Part shown: in pieces, positions 35,821 through 63,920 of the stretch | How the letters are laid out: every line of letters starts with the position of its first letter | Numbering within the stretch: position 1 is the first letter of the stretch | DNA from: the human T2T-CHM13v2.0 reference genome, Homo sapiens | Assembly: GCF_009914755.1 (NCBI RefSeq) | Contig: NC_060933.1 | Direction: 5' to 3' (one strand) | Length of the DNA stretch: 64,000 nucleotides | The notes under the pieces: generated by a model | Database searches by the model: none | The model's input: only the letters and a program-made list of their open reading frames with translations | What the model was told of the DNA's origin: nothing | Position numbers and translations under genes: made by a program

Positions 35821-37303
35821 TAACCAGAGGAACGTATCACTTGGAGCCACCTGTATTGAGTGACCCTCCCATGAACTGAGTATGAGGAGGGGATGGGAGG
35901 AACTGAGGTGGGTGCAGGTCCTCTGATACCCTTAGCCATGTCACTTCAGCACTGTCAAGGACTGCACTGGTGTGACAGAAGCCCTGGGCTTTCATTTGGA
36001 AAAAAATTCAGGAGAGAAGCAGGTTTTAAAAATTAACTCCCCTCCTACATTCAGAAGGGAGCATTGTGGAGTCATTTGCTTTTTAACCTTATTTTATTTA
36101 CTTTGCAGCTTCCAGTAGACAGGTCTATCCAACAGTAAGACCACAAGCATTCTGAAATCCTATCCCAACTCTTGTAGATTGTTTTGTAAATGTGGGGGTG
36201 TGTATGGGGGTGGGAAATTACAATTTCTATTTTAATTTTTCAAATAAAATTGATTTTTCAGTTTATAAAAATGGAATTTACCAGTCTCATGAAATGAAAA
36301 GATTTATAATTGTAATAATTTAGATTAAGGTGTAGACATAAGAACATAAATCTTAGTCTTTATTACTTATTTTCTATTACTGAGGTGTGCTTAGTAAAGT
36401 TTTCCTGGTGGAAAGTTTATAATAAAAATAGTATTTGGGAATGAAAGTAAAGTGAAAGCTATTTTAAGTCTCTTCAGGCATATGTCCGTTAATGGGGCAG
36501 GCAGTATTGTTAATATAAACCATCGCCATTTTTCCATAAGTTGTCCCTGTAATCAGCAACTCGTCTAAGCATATTACTTAAAAAAAAGTTTATGATCAGA
36601 CAGTTCCTCAGGCACAGTAAGAATATTCTATCAAATAACTATAACATGCCAAAGATTTATTATAAAAACATATATTTAAAAGGCACTATAATGATTTAAA
36701 ATATTGAACTATGCTGCAAGTCAATATATGTGTATAAATGTATAGTGGACTATGTTCAAATAGACCAATATATTCTCTAAAATATACATATAACATATAA
36801 TTCAGCTGTCTGCAAAAATCCACAAGTTGTTTTGCTAATATAATGATGACACATGTAACTGTAATATTATTTTACTTAAGAATTTAAATAGGACTTTTGT
36901 GTGATTATCTTAGAGTCTTTAAAAGTAACCACAAATAAAAAGCATAAAATAAGATGGTTTAAATGCATACTAGTGTACAAATAATCATAATAAATACGAG
37001 TAAACTCTGTTCATTTAAAAACCAGATATTAGATTTTATCATATTGGATTTTTAAAGAAGCTATAGCTTGTTTACAAAAGATAAAATATAAGCACTCGGT
37101 GAAGTTGAAACTAAAAGAATAGAAAATATTTACCAAGTAAATACAAATCAAAAGAAAGCAGATATAGCTGTATTATGTCAGACAAAGATGAAAAGCATTG
37201 TTAGGGATAAACTTGAACTCTATCTAATGCTGAGATAAACTCACTAGAAAGATCTCACTACACTTGTGTGTATCATCAGATTGTTTAAAATATATAAAGA
37301 AGT

Positions 37304-37925
<622 letters not shown>

Positions 37926-38459
37926 TTATTGTTGAATAAGTATAAAAAATTTTGTAAATGGATGGAATCTTAACAAATTTTACGGAATTGTCATGATGGA
38001 AACTATATTCTTAACTGTAATCAATAATGAATATATAACTTTTAAAAGCTCATGCATGTGTCAGTTAAAGACACAAGAGGAAATAAAATAGATGTAAGTG
38101 ATGAAAAGTTTGGAAAAGAAACAAACCTGGCAGATATTGTAGATAATATGATTGCCTACATAGAAAATCCAAAATAATATAAAGAAATATCAGGAAAAAT
38201 GAGAGTTCAGTAAGTTTGCTGAATTTATGGTCAGTCAGTATTGAGGAATTACTTGAATTTCTATAAAATCGTAAAATAATTACCATTACACACCTAGAAA
38301 AATTTTATTTGCAATATTAACAAAAATGTAAAGTTCTGTGGAATAACTGCAGTACTTTTATGGAAAAAATTACAAAAACTTATTCAAGAGAATTAAGGAC
38401 AGCCAAATAAATGGATTGACTCACTACTGTCGTGGATAGTATGACTCAGTATCTTAAAG

Positions 38460-38674
38460 CAATAGTTCTCAATCGGGGGTGATTTCGACTCTTGGGACAT
38501 TTGGCATTGTCTGAAGACATTTTTGTCATCACACAGAGAGGAAGGTTGTTTATATTAGTGTCTATTAATTAGAAATCAGGGTGCTGCTGAGCATCCTACA
38601 GTGCACAGGACAGCCCCCCTCATGACAAAAAAAAATTAGCCCAAAATATCAGTAACGCTGCTGTTGAGATACCC
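38460..38674. mobile_element. MER20 (hAT-Charlie)
   Basis: caatagttctcaatcgggggtgattt...gggacatttggcattgtctgaagacattttt...catcctacagtgcacaggacagcccc. Confidence 0.85.
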
Positions 38675-39030
38675 TCTTTTAAAGTTGACATTCTCCTCAA
38701 ATTAGTCTGTAATTTTAACAAAATTCCAAAAAATGCCAAGTGTTTTTACTTGTGTGGATTGCAGCAACCTGGTTTTAAAATTCATATGGAAATTAAGGAT
38801 GAAAGGATAAGCAAGATAATTTTTAAGATGAAAAATAAAGTGAAGAAACTAGTTCTGTTAGCTGTCAAGACATACTGTATTGCTGTAGTAATTAATGCAG
38901 GTTGAACTGGCCAGAAGATAGGCAATTAAACAGAAACTGAGAATCTAGAAATTTTTTAAGTGGGTTAGATGTGGATCATAATGATTTTATTATTGCTGAC
39001 CTACTCCCCCAAAATAATCATTAACAGTTG

Positions 39031-39352
<322 letters not shown>

Positions 39353-40394
39353 TCAACATTTCTCCCTTTTAGCTTTCTTTGCAACCTCCCAAACTTATGG
39401 CTCTACTTTGCCTTAAATAAAGTTCCCTGGCAAATAATAAGTAGTAGCTTTTAGAAGTTTTCACACTTCCTAGGAAAGTACAATTTCCAGAACCGTAGGA
39501 ATTTCTAATAAATAAAAATTTTAATAAAATATAAAATAAAAGCAAAAAGTCTTTGAAAGTTCTCTTACTGAATTTTTAATACTGCTCCAAGAGATTATGG
39601 TACCTATGAAAGCACTATTTCCAAGTGTAGACTATAGTATAAGCTTTAGAAAATAATAGGGAGAAAAGAAAAATGAGATGTCCCTATTAATTAGGAAGTT
39701 TTGAGGAAGTCTGATAACTATTACAAATCCTGAGTATTCTATTTTGATTTCCAAAGGTTGGGAATCTGCCTGTAACAATAAGAAACTGGTGAAAAACACT
39801 GGCTATCTTTATGCTCAGAATGAAAACACCAGACTTTCCAAAACAATGAAAAAACAAGACTTTATTATAGTATCTGCCCTAATTAAACTGAAATGTGGAT
39901 TTCATTTACACATTCTCAATATTTTGCACAGTCAGTATTGAAAATGGAATGAAACTTGGAGCTCCCGTGAAATAGATCTTTTAAAATACAAGCATCCTCC
40001 ATAAATAATTAAATTGCATTTTCTCTACTAGACTGTCTTGCTAAAATGATGATCACAGAAGTTGAAATGGTAATTTTTAATGGCTACCACATTAATAAAA
40101 AATTTCCTAGACCTACCTCATTCAGCAGGAGACATATTTCTAGCTTGTCTACCATCAGTCCACTCTAAAGCTGAATGGTGATGCCTTTAGATAATCCATA
40201 TTCTGTTCTTTGCATTAAAATGAATAACAGAATCTTAACTAGGTAAAGCAACAGGGTTTTAGTCTGAATTTTAGAAATAAGCTTTCTTTACCATTAAGTG
40301 TATTTTTTCAGGGAATAATCTTAAATAATATAGCCATTTTATTTTAGTTTTATATTTTCCAATTTGAAAGTTTGATACCTAGTCTTTTATAAAA

Positions 40395-40655
40395 GAAGTT
40401 GATTAATGGGTACAAAAGTCGAGTTAAGTAAAAGAAATTCTAGTATTTGATAGAACTAGAGAAATTATAGTTAACAGTAATTTATTGGATATTTCAAAAT
40501 AGCCAGAAGAGAATTGTAATGTTCCCACCACAGAGGATAACTGCTCAAAGTGATGGATATCCCAGTTACCCTGATTTGATCATTATGCATTGTATTCTAG
40601 TATCAAAATAGCACATGTGCCCCCAGTATATGTACAACTCTGACATGCCAATTTA
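40395..40655 (+). mobile_element. L1MA 3' end fragment
   Basis: gtgatggatatcccagttaccctgatttgatcatt motif. Confidence 0.8.
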
Positions 40656-41149
40656 ATTTTTTTTAATTCAGAAAGCCTTATTCTGAAAATACAAAAGTGT
40701 TGCAATGATGAAATATCAATTATTGTGATCTTTTGCCACAAATGCATACAAAAGAAGGTTTGAGAACTGGGCAATTTAAAAAATACAGTATTTACTAGAT
40801 ACTGTGGAGTTTCTAACCGTAACTGGACTAAGAGTGTTTTGTCTGTAAATCAGAATATACATGCAGTTGAGACATATATGTAATAAAATATAACCAAAAG
40901 TATATAAATATAAGCATTTTATTATATATGCATATATGCAATATTATTGGCCAAATATTTATTACATATACAGTTACATACACATATATAATAAAATACT
41001 TTTGCAGCAGAGTAGACAAATGTCTTTATTTTGGCCAGAGACAAAATTAGTGGCATAGCTAAGACCAGGACCCCAGGTTCCCCTAGGGGATCCTCCAGGT
41101 CTCTTTGTATTGGACACAGACGTGTGCATTTATTTTCCCAGTCACATAA

Positions 41150-41586
<437 letters not shown>

Positions 41587-41917
41587 TGTGTTTGTTGCCT
41601 GAACTACTGGGAGCAGTGTTTCACAGACCACTTTCACACTCATTAGTCTATGTATTACTTATAAGGGTGTAGTATGTATTTGGTTTTGAATCTGTGGGAC
41701 TCATTTTGCATTTACAAAGTTAACAAGGAAAGAAATACCCAGTAATCATAAAAGGACTTTAAAAAATAATGATAAATTAATATTCTGCAAAATGAATATC
41801 TAAATCCAGTGTTACTATTTTTATTTGTAAAGAATAATCACTTAGATATTATTCTAAGACAATTTTAGAAGGGAAGTTACCTTCTTGATTTTTCCCCTTC
41901 TCTGTAATCATTTAGAT

Positions 41918-42241
41918 CAGGAATTGGCAAATGGGTCAGGAATTAATAACCTCTTGCTTTGGGTGAAATCCAGACCACTAGTCTATATTTGCATGGCAGT
42001 GAGCTAAGAATGTTTTCTTTACATTTTTAAAAGGTTGAAAAATAAAAAGAATATTTCATGTCATATAAAACTTGTATGAAATTCAGATTTCATATCCATA
42101 AATTTTTATTGCAACCCAGCCATGCCTGTGTCTGTGGCTGCTTTCACACTTGGTGGCAGAGTTAAGTAGTTGCTGTGAGAAGCTGCATGGCCTGCATAGC
42201 TTACTGTATGGTCCTTTACACAAAATGTTTGCCCATCCCTG
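41918..42241. mobile_element. MER58B-like hAT DNA transposon, complete
   Basis: Terminal inverted repeats caggaattggcaaa / tttgcccatccctg and a perfect 8-bp TSD atttagat (41910-41917, 42242-42249). Confidence 0.88.
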
Positions 42242-42379
42242 ATTTAGATTCATGGTAGTCTCTGTGCTCTCAAAATATTGAAAATGTTAAGTATTCTGTT
42301 AAGCTCTATGATGTTGGTTTCAAATTGAGATAAGAGATCAGAGTTAATTTTGCCCGTATGTTAATCAGAATAATTTTAA

Positions 42380-42535
<156 letters not shown>

Positions 42536-43213
42536 TAGTGTCAAGAAAAAGCTTTATTTTCATAATAACTTTTTTTGGTTATAAAGGGGTAGACAAATGC
42601 CCTTGTTCTTGCCAGAAAGAGAATAGTGGCAGTACTAGGACTGGGGCGAATATCAGGAAAACACACATACCATAAAGGCACAGTCAGTACTGAAGATCTG
42701 TGTTTCCTTACTGAAGCATTAGTTTATAGAAAATGAATCATCTTTGTTTTAACTTATTACTTGCTTGGCTGGATTTATTATCAATTGATTGTATTTTTTC
42801 CAGAACAATCATGAGATGAACTATTTTCTGAATGCTAAGGGATATTTATTCATTGCCCTTATACTCTTCAGACAACTATAGTGGTAGGAAATTATTGGAC
42901 ACTCTCTATTTTCTGACCTCTGTACATACTGTTTTACATTACATGGCACCGAATGTGTATTAATCTCTTTCCTGCAGCATTTTCGTTCATGGGTGGCTTT
43001 CATGGTCAAGTCCTCGCTCCCCCACCTCAGTGGCACTATAAGCCCAGGGTTCTTAGAGGATCTACCTACTGGGTAGCACAGGAACCACAACTAAGCTAGT
43101 AAAAATCTTCTTTCCCTGAGAAAAATTGTAATAGTGTTTCTTACCCACTAGCATCATACATTGCCGTGGAGAAGTCTGAGACTAAATGTATTTTTATTTC
43201 CTGTTCTACCTCA

Positions 43214-43732
43214 ATGTGTGGGGGCTACTTCTGAGAGGGGTGGTTCAACAAGGAGCCTGAGCCTCTCTGTACATTCTTGCCGAGTGTGCCAGATGGTGTG
43301 GTGTCTCCATCCCCTAATACCAAGCAGTTTCTGTAGCCAATCGTGTAGGCAGCTAAGTAGTTCAAAGAGAACACAACATCACTATCGATGCGTACTCACT
43401 CCCCAGAGAGGGCGGGGACCGGCTTGTCTCCTGCTTGATGAAGGAGTCCCGGACCCTTGTCTGGGGGCTCCTCATCTGAGATGCAAACCTACCCACTGTG
43501 TGTGTAGCATCCACCTGGGCCAATGGATTGTGTTGCCCTGTGAAATTTGGAGATAAGGGGAACCAATGCAAATATTCTGACACTCATGCTGCATGCTGTG
43601 CTGTGAGCAATAAAGTTCTTTAACTCTGACCCAGAAATTTTGTGTTTTCTATCAGCATCCATTAATCTGTGGCAAGCTAAATTGTTAGCTTGCAAGTAGG
43701 GTGAAATCTCAGATTCTTCACAGCTCTTGACA
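43214..43732 (+). mobile_element. Old ERV solo LTR (subfamily uncertain)
   Basis: ~520 bp ending gttagcttgcaagtagggtgaaatctcag...cttgaca, with an internal aataaa; start approximate. Confidence 0.65.
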
Positions 43733-44244
43733 GATATGTTATCCTTCAATTTCAAAAACTTATCCAGAATATGCCTTAGCGTTAATTATTCTGTTATTTT
43801 TTTCTAAAATGAAATATGCTTATTTTGACCGAAATATTCTGTTCTCTTTTAAGAAAAAATGGTTTTTATTATGCTTTGAATACTTTGTTTCATTTGTTGG
43901 ATTCTCTGCATCTAGGACTGTTGACTTGTTTCCTTTGCCCCCCATACATTTTTTCTGTTTCTTCCAATGGCTTTAATCTCTTTGTCCTTCTCCTATGCAT
44001 TCAATATGATTATTCTAAGCTTTTCCCAATGTCAGTAATTTGTTATCAGCTGTGTTCTCCATTTCCAGATATTTCCGATTTCTCTGTTACCTCTGTGATT
44101 TTGTTTGGGTCTTTGATTTTTTTTCCTTAAAAATCTTCTTTTCTGTTTATCTCATATTTTAGCTCTTATTTTACTGAATTGGTTTTTATATTATTCCCAT
44201 AGTGTGAAACTCTTATGAAATTTTTCTTTCCTTGTGTTCTCTCT

Positions 44245-44464
44245 TAATTTCCTTCCTCCATCCCATTCAGATGACTCCTTCCTTCCTTCCTCCCTCCCTC
44301 CCTCCCTCTTTCTCTCCTTCCCTTCCTCCCTCCCATTCAGTCTGGCTTTTATACTCCTTCCTTCCTTCCTTCCCCACTCCCTCCCTCCCTCTCTTCTTTC
44401 TTTCTCTCTCTTTCTTTTCTTTCTTTTTCTTTCTTTCTTTCCTGTCTTCTTTTTTTTCTTTCTC
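44245..44464. repeat. Polypyrimidine (CCTT/CCCT/CTTT) low-complexity tract
   Basis: Directly visible. Confidence 0.92.
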
Positions 44465-45127
44465 AGTATGTTTGCACTGTTTCTGTGCTTTTTGAAACAT
44501 TGTTTATACTTGTAGTGTAAGTCTACACTACAGGTCTGTCTGGCAGGTCTGTCCAGACATTTAATTCATTTATATGGAATGGAGTTGAATTCTTCTCGAC
44601 ATTCATCTCTTCACAATCAGACACATACTTCTTGTCCCTTCTGAACTGCAATAGCAGGACTAGAGTTGGTCATCCTATCAATATTTTTTCCCATAATCTA
44701 AGAGCTCAAGGGAGGGATCTGTTGAATTGTATCTGATTTACTGGCCATTCTCTGTGCTGTTTTATCTTCAAGAATTATTAAATGTCCTGTGCCAGGCATC
44801 ACACTGAAGCATGGAGGGTATATCTGCAGGCTTCAGATGCCTCCCACAGTTCAGTAATAACCCCTGGAAATTTGTAGCTTTTTCCCCTGCCTATTGATAC
44901 TCTGACATCAAACACTGGTTTCTAGGTACTGTGTACTTCTCAAAAACATTTTCTAGATTATTTTCTCTCTGGAAATTTACCTCAGCCCTTCATTTCTCTC
45001 CAAATGTGGCTGTATTTGTGAGACTCTTCAGGATATGTCATTCACCTTCAGTTTATATCCTACTTTCAGCAAGACTTCTGAAAGTATGGAGAAGAGAAAG
45101 TGTGATTTTTGAAATATTCCCTTCTCT

Positions 45128-45389
<262 letters not shown>

Positions 45390-45679
45390 TTAATGAAGAA
45401 AGAAAGAAAAATAAAATATTCTCTTCTGTAAAACTTGTAGCTTCCTCTTCGTTTCTCTTTTCCTTTCCTTATCTTCATCTCTGTTTTCTTTAACATAACA
45501 CTTATTGATTCTTTTCCCTTCTTTTGGGGCAGCTGGGACTAGGGGATCTGCAGGGATAGGGTCAAGGAATGACCACTGGGTTAGAAGCTTGGTTCCACAC
45601 TGGGGAATGAGCAAATATGTAAATACAGTGAGGAGCATAGGAGTGACCTCACTGAGGAAAGAGTTATACATGTGGGAAG

Positions 45680-47100
<1,421 letters not shown>

Positions 47101-47152
47101 AAATAAGCTGCTTCTTGTTCTTGATTGTTCTTGCCATGAAAGGAATTAAGAC

Positions 47153-47187
<35 letters not shown>
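47153..47187. repeat. (TG)n(CG)n alternating purine-pyrimidine tract
   Basis: Directly visible. Confidence 0.95.
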
Positions 47188-47188
<1 letters not shown>

Positions 47189-47224
47189 GGAAGGAAAGCA
47201 AGAGTCTGTGTTCTGGCTTCTGGA

Positions 47225-47545
47225 GTCATTTATCCAACTACCTCCTTCAAATCTCCACTTGGATGCCTAATAGATATCTCAAATGAAACATGTCCCAAAC
47301 TGAGCTGCTGCTTGAACCTGCTTCTTTAGAATTATTTCCCTTCCCAGTTAGACCAAAAACCCCAAAGTCACCTCAGACTCCACCCTTCTTCTCACATCTT
47401 ACCGAGTTCTTCAGTAAGTTCTGTTGGTCGTACCTTTGAGGTGATTCTGAACTTGACCCTGTCCCTACTGTGTTGCTGCGCGATCCCCTGACTGGTCTCA
47501 TTGCTTTTGCTTCGCTTTTGTTTGGCCTTCTCTGAACACAGAATT
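47225..47545. mobile_element. L2 fragment
   Basis: atctccacttggatgcctaatagatatctcaaa..aacatgtcccaaactgagct motif. Confidence 0.7.
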
Positions 47546-47734
47546 CCAATCCTCAGCGTAATCACCATTTAGCTCTTGATGTCATCAGTATATGACATGG
47601 ATGCTCAGAACCCCCAGTGAAAGCTCATATACATTCTATTAATGTATTTAGCAGTCATAATCCTGTAAGTATCAAATGTAGCTGTTATTTTTGTTTCATG
47701 ACTTTTTTTCCTTTTGTCGTTTTCTCTATTGTAA

Positions 47735-48019
<285 letters not shown>

Positions 48020-48049
48020 TAAAACACTAAACTTCTATGATTTTAGGTA

Positions 48050-48352
<303 letters not shown>

Positions 48353-48851
48353 AGTAATCATTTTTAAGAGAAAATAAAACAATGAAGCATGAAGCACGTA
48401 ATAATCCATTAAAATGTCATGCCTTCCCTAGAGTACAGAACAGCAGAGCCAGAGCTTTAAACCAAACTCATCACATTGTTTACTGAATTCCAAAAATATT
48501 TGACCAGACATATTGTTTTTTATGTACCCAAAGATTAATTTATGACTGTCAAAATTTACATTCAGTGTTTATAGAATTAGATGAGACTTTGAGCCGTTCG
48601 TAAATAAAATTACTGAAACCTCAAAAACAAATACTATTTGGTATTCTAGCTATGGGTACATAGCTATGGGTAGTCCAGCTATGGGTACATATCTCTACTA
48701 TTTAGGACTTAACAAGGTTGAATTGTGAACTCTGAGGATAAATATGTTAAAATCCGTTCTGTTTTCCTCCAGGATACAGATTTATTCTGCCCCCACCCCA
48801 ACTCACAGTCTCGTTTTTCTGCATCGCCGTCATTATCTCCTTCCATCCTGA

Positions 48852-49232
<381 letters not shown>

Positions 49233-49331
49233 TGAGAGCAACAGTTGCCAACAACTACTGCTTATTGGTACTATTTGCTGATAACCTGGTAGGTTCCAGG
49301 AGCTTGCTGTGTGCTTCTTATTTGACATTTC

Positions 49332-49648
49332 TTTGGTTTGTTTGTTTGTTTTTGTTTTTGTTTTTGTTTTCAGACAGAGTCTCACTGTGTCGCCCAGGCT
49401 GGAGTGCAGTGGTGCAATCTCAGCCCACTGAAACCTCCACCTGCCGGGTTCAAGCGATTCTCCTGCCTCAGCCTCCTGAGTAGCTGGGATTACAGGTGCA
49501 GGTGCCACCACGCCTGGCTAATTTTTGTATTTTTAATAGAGACACGGTTTTACCATGTTGGCCAGGATGGTCGTGATCTCTTGACCTGATGATCCACCCA
49601 CCTCAGCCTCTCAAAGTGCTGGGATTACAGGCGCGAGCCACCGGGCCC
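49332..49648 (-). mobile_element. Alu (AluS-like)
   Basis: Reverse-complement dimer with (TTTG)n tail. Confidence 0.94.
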
Positions 49649-51483
49649 TGCAGTATCTCAGTGTTTAGGTATCAATGTTTAGGTATTGTCATCTGTTTAC
49701 AGATGAGATAGCCAAGCCTCAGAGAGGTGGAGTAACCAGCTAATGAGAGGGATCCCAGGATAGCCGACCCCCAAATTTGAACCATTCACATTGCAGAGGA
49801 TTGGCATATGTGACAGCTATATTTTATCAACACTATTAGTGAGATCATTAGACATTTTTATCCATTCCTTCAGTTTCACTTCTCGGTGGAGTTAGAGAGC
49901 TTGTAATTGGGACAGAAGTCCTCCAGGGTCCACTCAAAACCAGATCGCAGGATACCCGCTGATTGGAAGCAGCACTGCGCACCTCCCCCGCGGCCAGGCT
50001 TCCAGGAGCCCACTCCCGGTTTTCCTCACTGCTGTTCTCACTTCTGGGGCTCTCTCATCACAGGCTCCTTGTTTATAACCCGGTCTGGCTCATCTGTTCT
50101 TGCACTCCATTTATTTAAAGGTGATAGCTCTGGAAGTCTTTCCTTTAGTTTGCTTACTTACTGTTTTATCACTGTTGTTTATTTTTCCCCTTGGGAAAAA
50201 TATATTTTGCTATATTGCTTTTGAAACTATTCTAACGTAGGAGCTACACAGATTAAAGCTCTCACTTGTTCATTCTTAAGTGTTTTAAAGCGAATAAGGA
50301 TGCAATCTAATTAAAACTGGACTAAATCACAAATTATCATCCAACCTAATTTACAGGGGAGGGTAGATACAACTTCCAGGTACTAAATGTTACACATGAA
50401 CCCACGTATGTATGTGGATGTGGATGGGGTGTTATACCATGACTTCCTAAAACCTAGCTTCAGGCGTGGTTAGCTCTTCTATTAAGGTGCAGTGAGGCTT
50501 TTTCAAAGGACATGAAACCATCAAACTACTGGAAAGGAGGACTACACGGAGGGGTCAAACCAAGAACTTGATTTTCTCACTTGTAATCTTGGAGATTATT
50601 TAAGGGAATGCCTAGAAACACAATTAGCATAAAATTCACCTAGAATCAGCATTCATTGCGGTGGATGAAGCACTGGCTTCAGAATCACCCACAAAGCTGA
50701 TTGATAGTTCAGATTTGGGGCCCCCATCTTAGGCCCACCGAATTGGAATCTCTGGGAGGAGGCTAAAAACTGCATTTTCCAGAAACTCTAGGTAATTTCC
50801 ATGCTCCTAACATTGAGAATTGTCGCCTTCATAATGGTGTTTGTCACTACACAGGTGTTGTAAACCTCTCTAAATGGTTTCTTCAGCATTCAAGTTTGAC
50901 ATGACAAAATGTGCATGCATGCAGTATTCAATTACTGTTTAGCACTGTACCCTCTGAGAGGAGGAGATCCTGGGGTATGGTGTCACCCCTTCCAACTTCC
51001 CCTCCTTTGCTTATCCATTTCCTTTCACACTTTATTTTTAGAGTCCATCCAAGTAAGAAATTTATCCATATATATTTTTATTATTGTGAAAAATTTGGAA
51101 GTTCATACCTAACCATTATAATGCACATTCTTATTCATAAAGAAATTAAAATAATGTTTGATGAATGCACATTCTTATTCCTAAACAAAGTAAAATAGTG
51201 TTTGATGTGGTTTATTCTATGTATTTTGTTCTTTGTAAAGGAACTAAAGTGAAATTCTTTCTTACCTGAAGTTAAGGAAATGTTTTGAGAAGGACTATTT
51301 GCCAGACTCACCATGTTTGAAAGTTATGTAAATAAATGTTTTATTCAATGTCATTTAAAGCTGCATATCTCATAACAGTTATATTTTCAAAATTGTATAT
51401 GTTCACAAAATTTTTTGACACATTGTGATTATTGCCACTCTCCATAAGGCCTGAGTTTGACATGGACATAAAATCCTGAATAA

Positions 51484-51804
<321 letters not shown>

Positions 51805-52421
51805 TGAAACTTAAATAGTATGAAGAATGCTTCTGGCATTTGATATTATAAAGAGAGGATAAGATTGAATTATTTGAAATGGAATAATTTCTGTACCAAA
51901 TTCCTCTATTGAATTTAGAAGGGATATGACTGTTTTTGAAAACTTAAGGCTATCAGTCCTCTCTGGGTTTCTTATTTAGAAGATCTCTGGGTTACCCCAG
52001 CATCTGTTCAATGCTAATCCTCTCGAAATAATTTGGTTTTCAAAACTCTGTCCTTGTACTGTTCTAATTTTAACATCAGTAAAGCATCATTCTTATTTTT
52101 GTTTTTAATTTTTAGAGACAACGTATTGCTATTCAAGCCTCTCTGTTGCCCAGGCCGGACTTGAACTCCTAGGCTTGAGCAATCGTCTTACCCATTGTCC
52201 CTTGTGACAGTGACTTTAAGTGATTCAAAAGGCCTTTATAGAAATGTCTTTTCTTATAAAACAAGCATACTAACTAGAAGGGGAAAAGAATATTTAAATA
52301 TTGACAGTCATTAACAGGATCACTCAAACACTTTGCTCTATGATGTTTGACTCTTCTTAGAGGAGTGCAGTGGGGTATCACACAGCTTCTGCTCAGGTAC
52401 AATCATGTTTTCAAAAGAAAA

Positions 52422-52745
<324 letters not shown>

Positions 52746-53699
52746 TTATTTAATATATTTATAATACTTTTATGAAACCTCTTACAATATTGAATCATCA
52801 GAGCTAAAATGTAATTGTGTGTTTAAGTGTCTCTGGGCTGTTACACTTACTATTTTTAGCAGCAAAACAGGCTTTAATCACTATAAATTGTGTGACTTTC
52901 AAAAGAATTTTGAGGATTCATTATCTAGAAGTCATTTAAATTTTCAGAAGGTCTTGCATATGTCTTTTACTAGTCCTGAAGATCTCTGTGCTCACAAATC
53001 TCATAGCTCTGGTGCAAATACAGAGCTCTTTTTATATCTCAAGCCAACATCAGGAGTAACCACTCCTTCATGAGCACAAGTGCTGATTTTTAAATCATTC
53101 CCAATCCACATTTGCTAAGTGCAATTTGAATGTTATTTTATAACCCAAAATTTTCTTAAGGATAGACATTATATGGTAAGTAAATGGAAAATGGTCCTCC
53201 AGTGGCTGGGGCATATGTTATAGTTAGATTACCTAATCTAATAAGAATGATCTGGATTTTCAGTAAATTCTTTATATTTTATGGAAATGGAAAGAGTGGA
53301 GTAGTATTCCAAGACAGTGATCATCACCCAACATTTTCTTTTTATTTACAGATATATTTGGGGTGTGTGTGTATGTGTATGTGTGTACTAAACACATTTT
53401 TGGAATTAACTTGATATAAAATTAAAATATCAACCTTTCATAAAGTGTTTTAAGAGAAGCTGAAAGACCTTCAACTTTTCTCTCTCAGAATACTGTAGAT
53501 ACCACTTTGGATTAGCCTTTCTATCCAGACAGTAAATTTGAGAAACATCTTTGGCATAAAAGAACATTTCTAAATTCTGACCTTGAAGGAGGGTTGGTCT
53601 TCAAATCACCTTTTCTCTAGTTACTTCAGGAGCTCTGTTTCATGCTTCCTACAAAGCAAATCGATTTTTAAAGAGGAGGTAACATTCAAATAAAAAACC

Positions 53700-62700
<9,001 letters not shown>

Positions 62701-63031
62701 TGATTTGGGAAAAAATTGGAAACCAAAGATGAGATAAGTCACCTATAAATTATACATTTATACTGAAGAATTAGTTATATGTAAATATAAGATGAGGATG
62801 ATTTAGAGAATTAAAATCTCTATTAAGTGTTAGTCAATTCTGGGTTATGAGTATATTGGAGTTTGCTACTTTTTCTTCAAGTTGTAGTTTTTAAAAAACT
62901 TTAAAAAGTGAAAAATAAAAAATAAAACAGGAAAGGATTTCACTATTACTTTATTCTCCCAGGATATTTAAGGTTTGGTCTCATTCTCTAAATGTACTTA
63001 AAACAAGACCGTTGGACTTACATTTTGTTAA

Positions 63032-63331
<300 letters not shown>

Positions 63332-63920
63332 TAGGACTGTAATGACATGGGTCTTTTCAGCAGTCAAACTACAAACGATGAGAGAAAACTGTATGCCCTC
63401 CAATGGGTTTGGTTTTTCAGTGCCTCCCTTAATGGTTATTATAAAAGCTAGCATTTCAAGATTAAATTAAGATGCTTTTCTCCCATTACATGTTTGATAA
63501 TTTAACGGAGTTGATATGCAGTTATATTTCTTATTATTGATAGGATGACTTTAATAGTACATGATGACTCAAATTGGTTTTGCAGTTCATTTTGAAATAA
63601 GATATCTAGATACATGACATACATTCCCTCCTCATTCTAAGCAAAATAGAGGAGCATTTATGTGGATGTTATAGTGCAACTATATAAAAGCCAATTCCTA
63701 TAAGCAACAGATAAGTACAGCTGTTCTTTATCTCGTCAGTGGCTGAAAAACTAGTTATATCACTTTTATAGAAGAAAAGTGTAATGACAGCCTCTCAAAC
63801 AGTGGTAATTGGGGCATTGCAAGGTTTTCACAGTTGAACAAGAAGACCAAGCTTTAAGTTTGTTAGGTACACAGCACAAAAATTTCATGTCTAGAAAAAA
63901 ATCTACAAAATCTCTGATTA

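Noticed and set aside
44232-44515. S/L/F/P-rich and K/E/R/G-rich ORFs
   Set aside because: Translations of the polypyrimidine tract.
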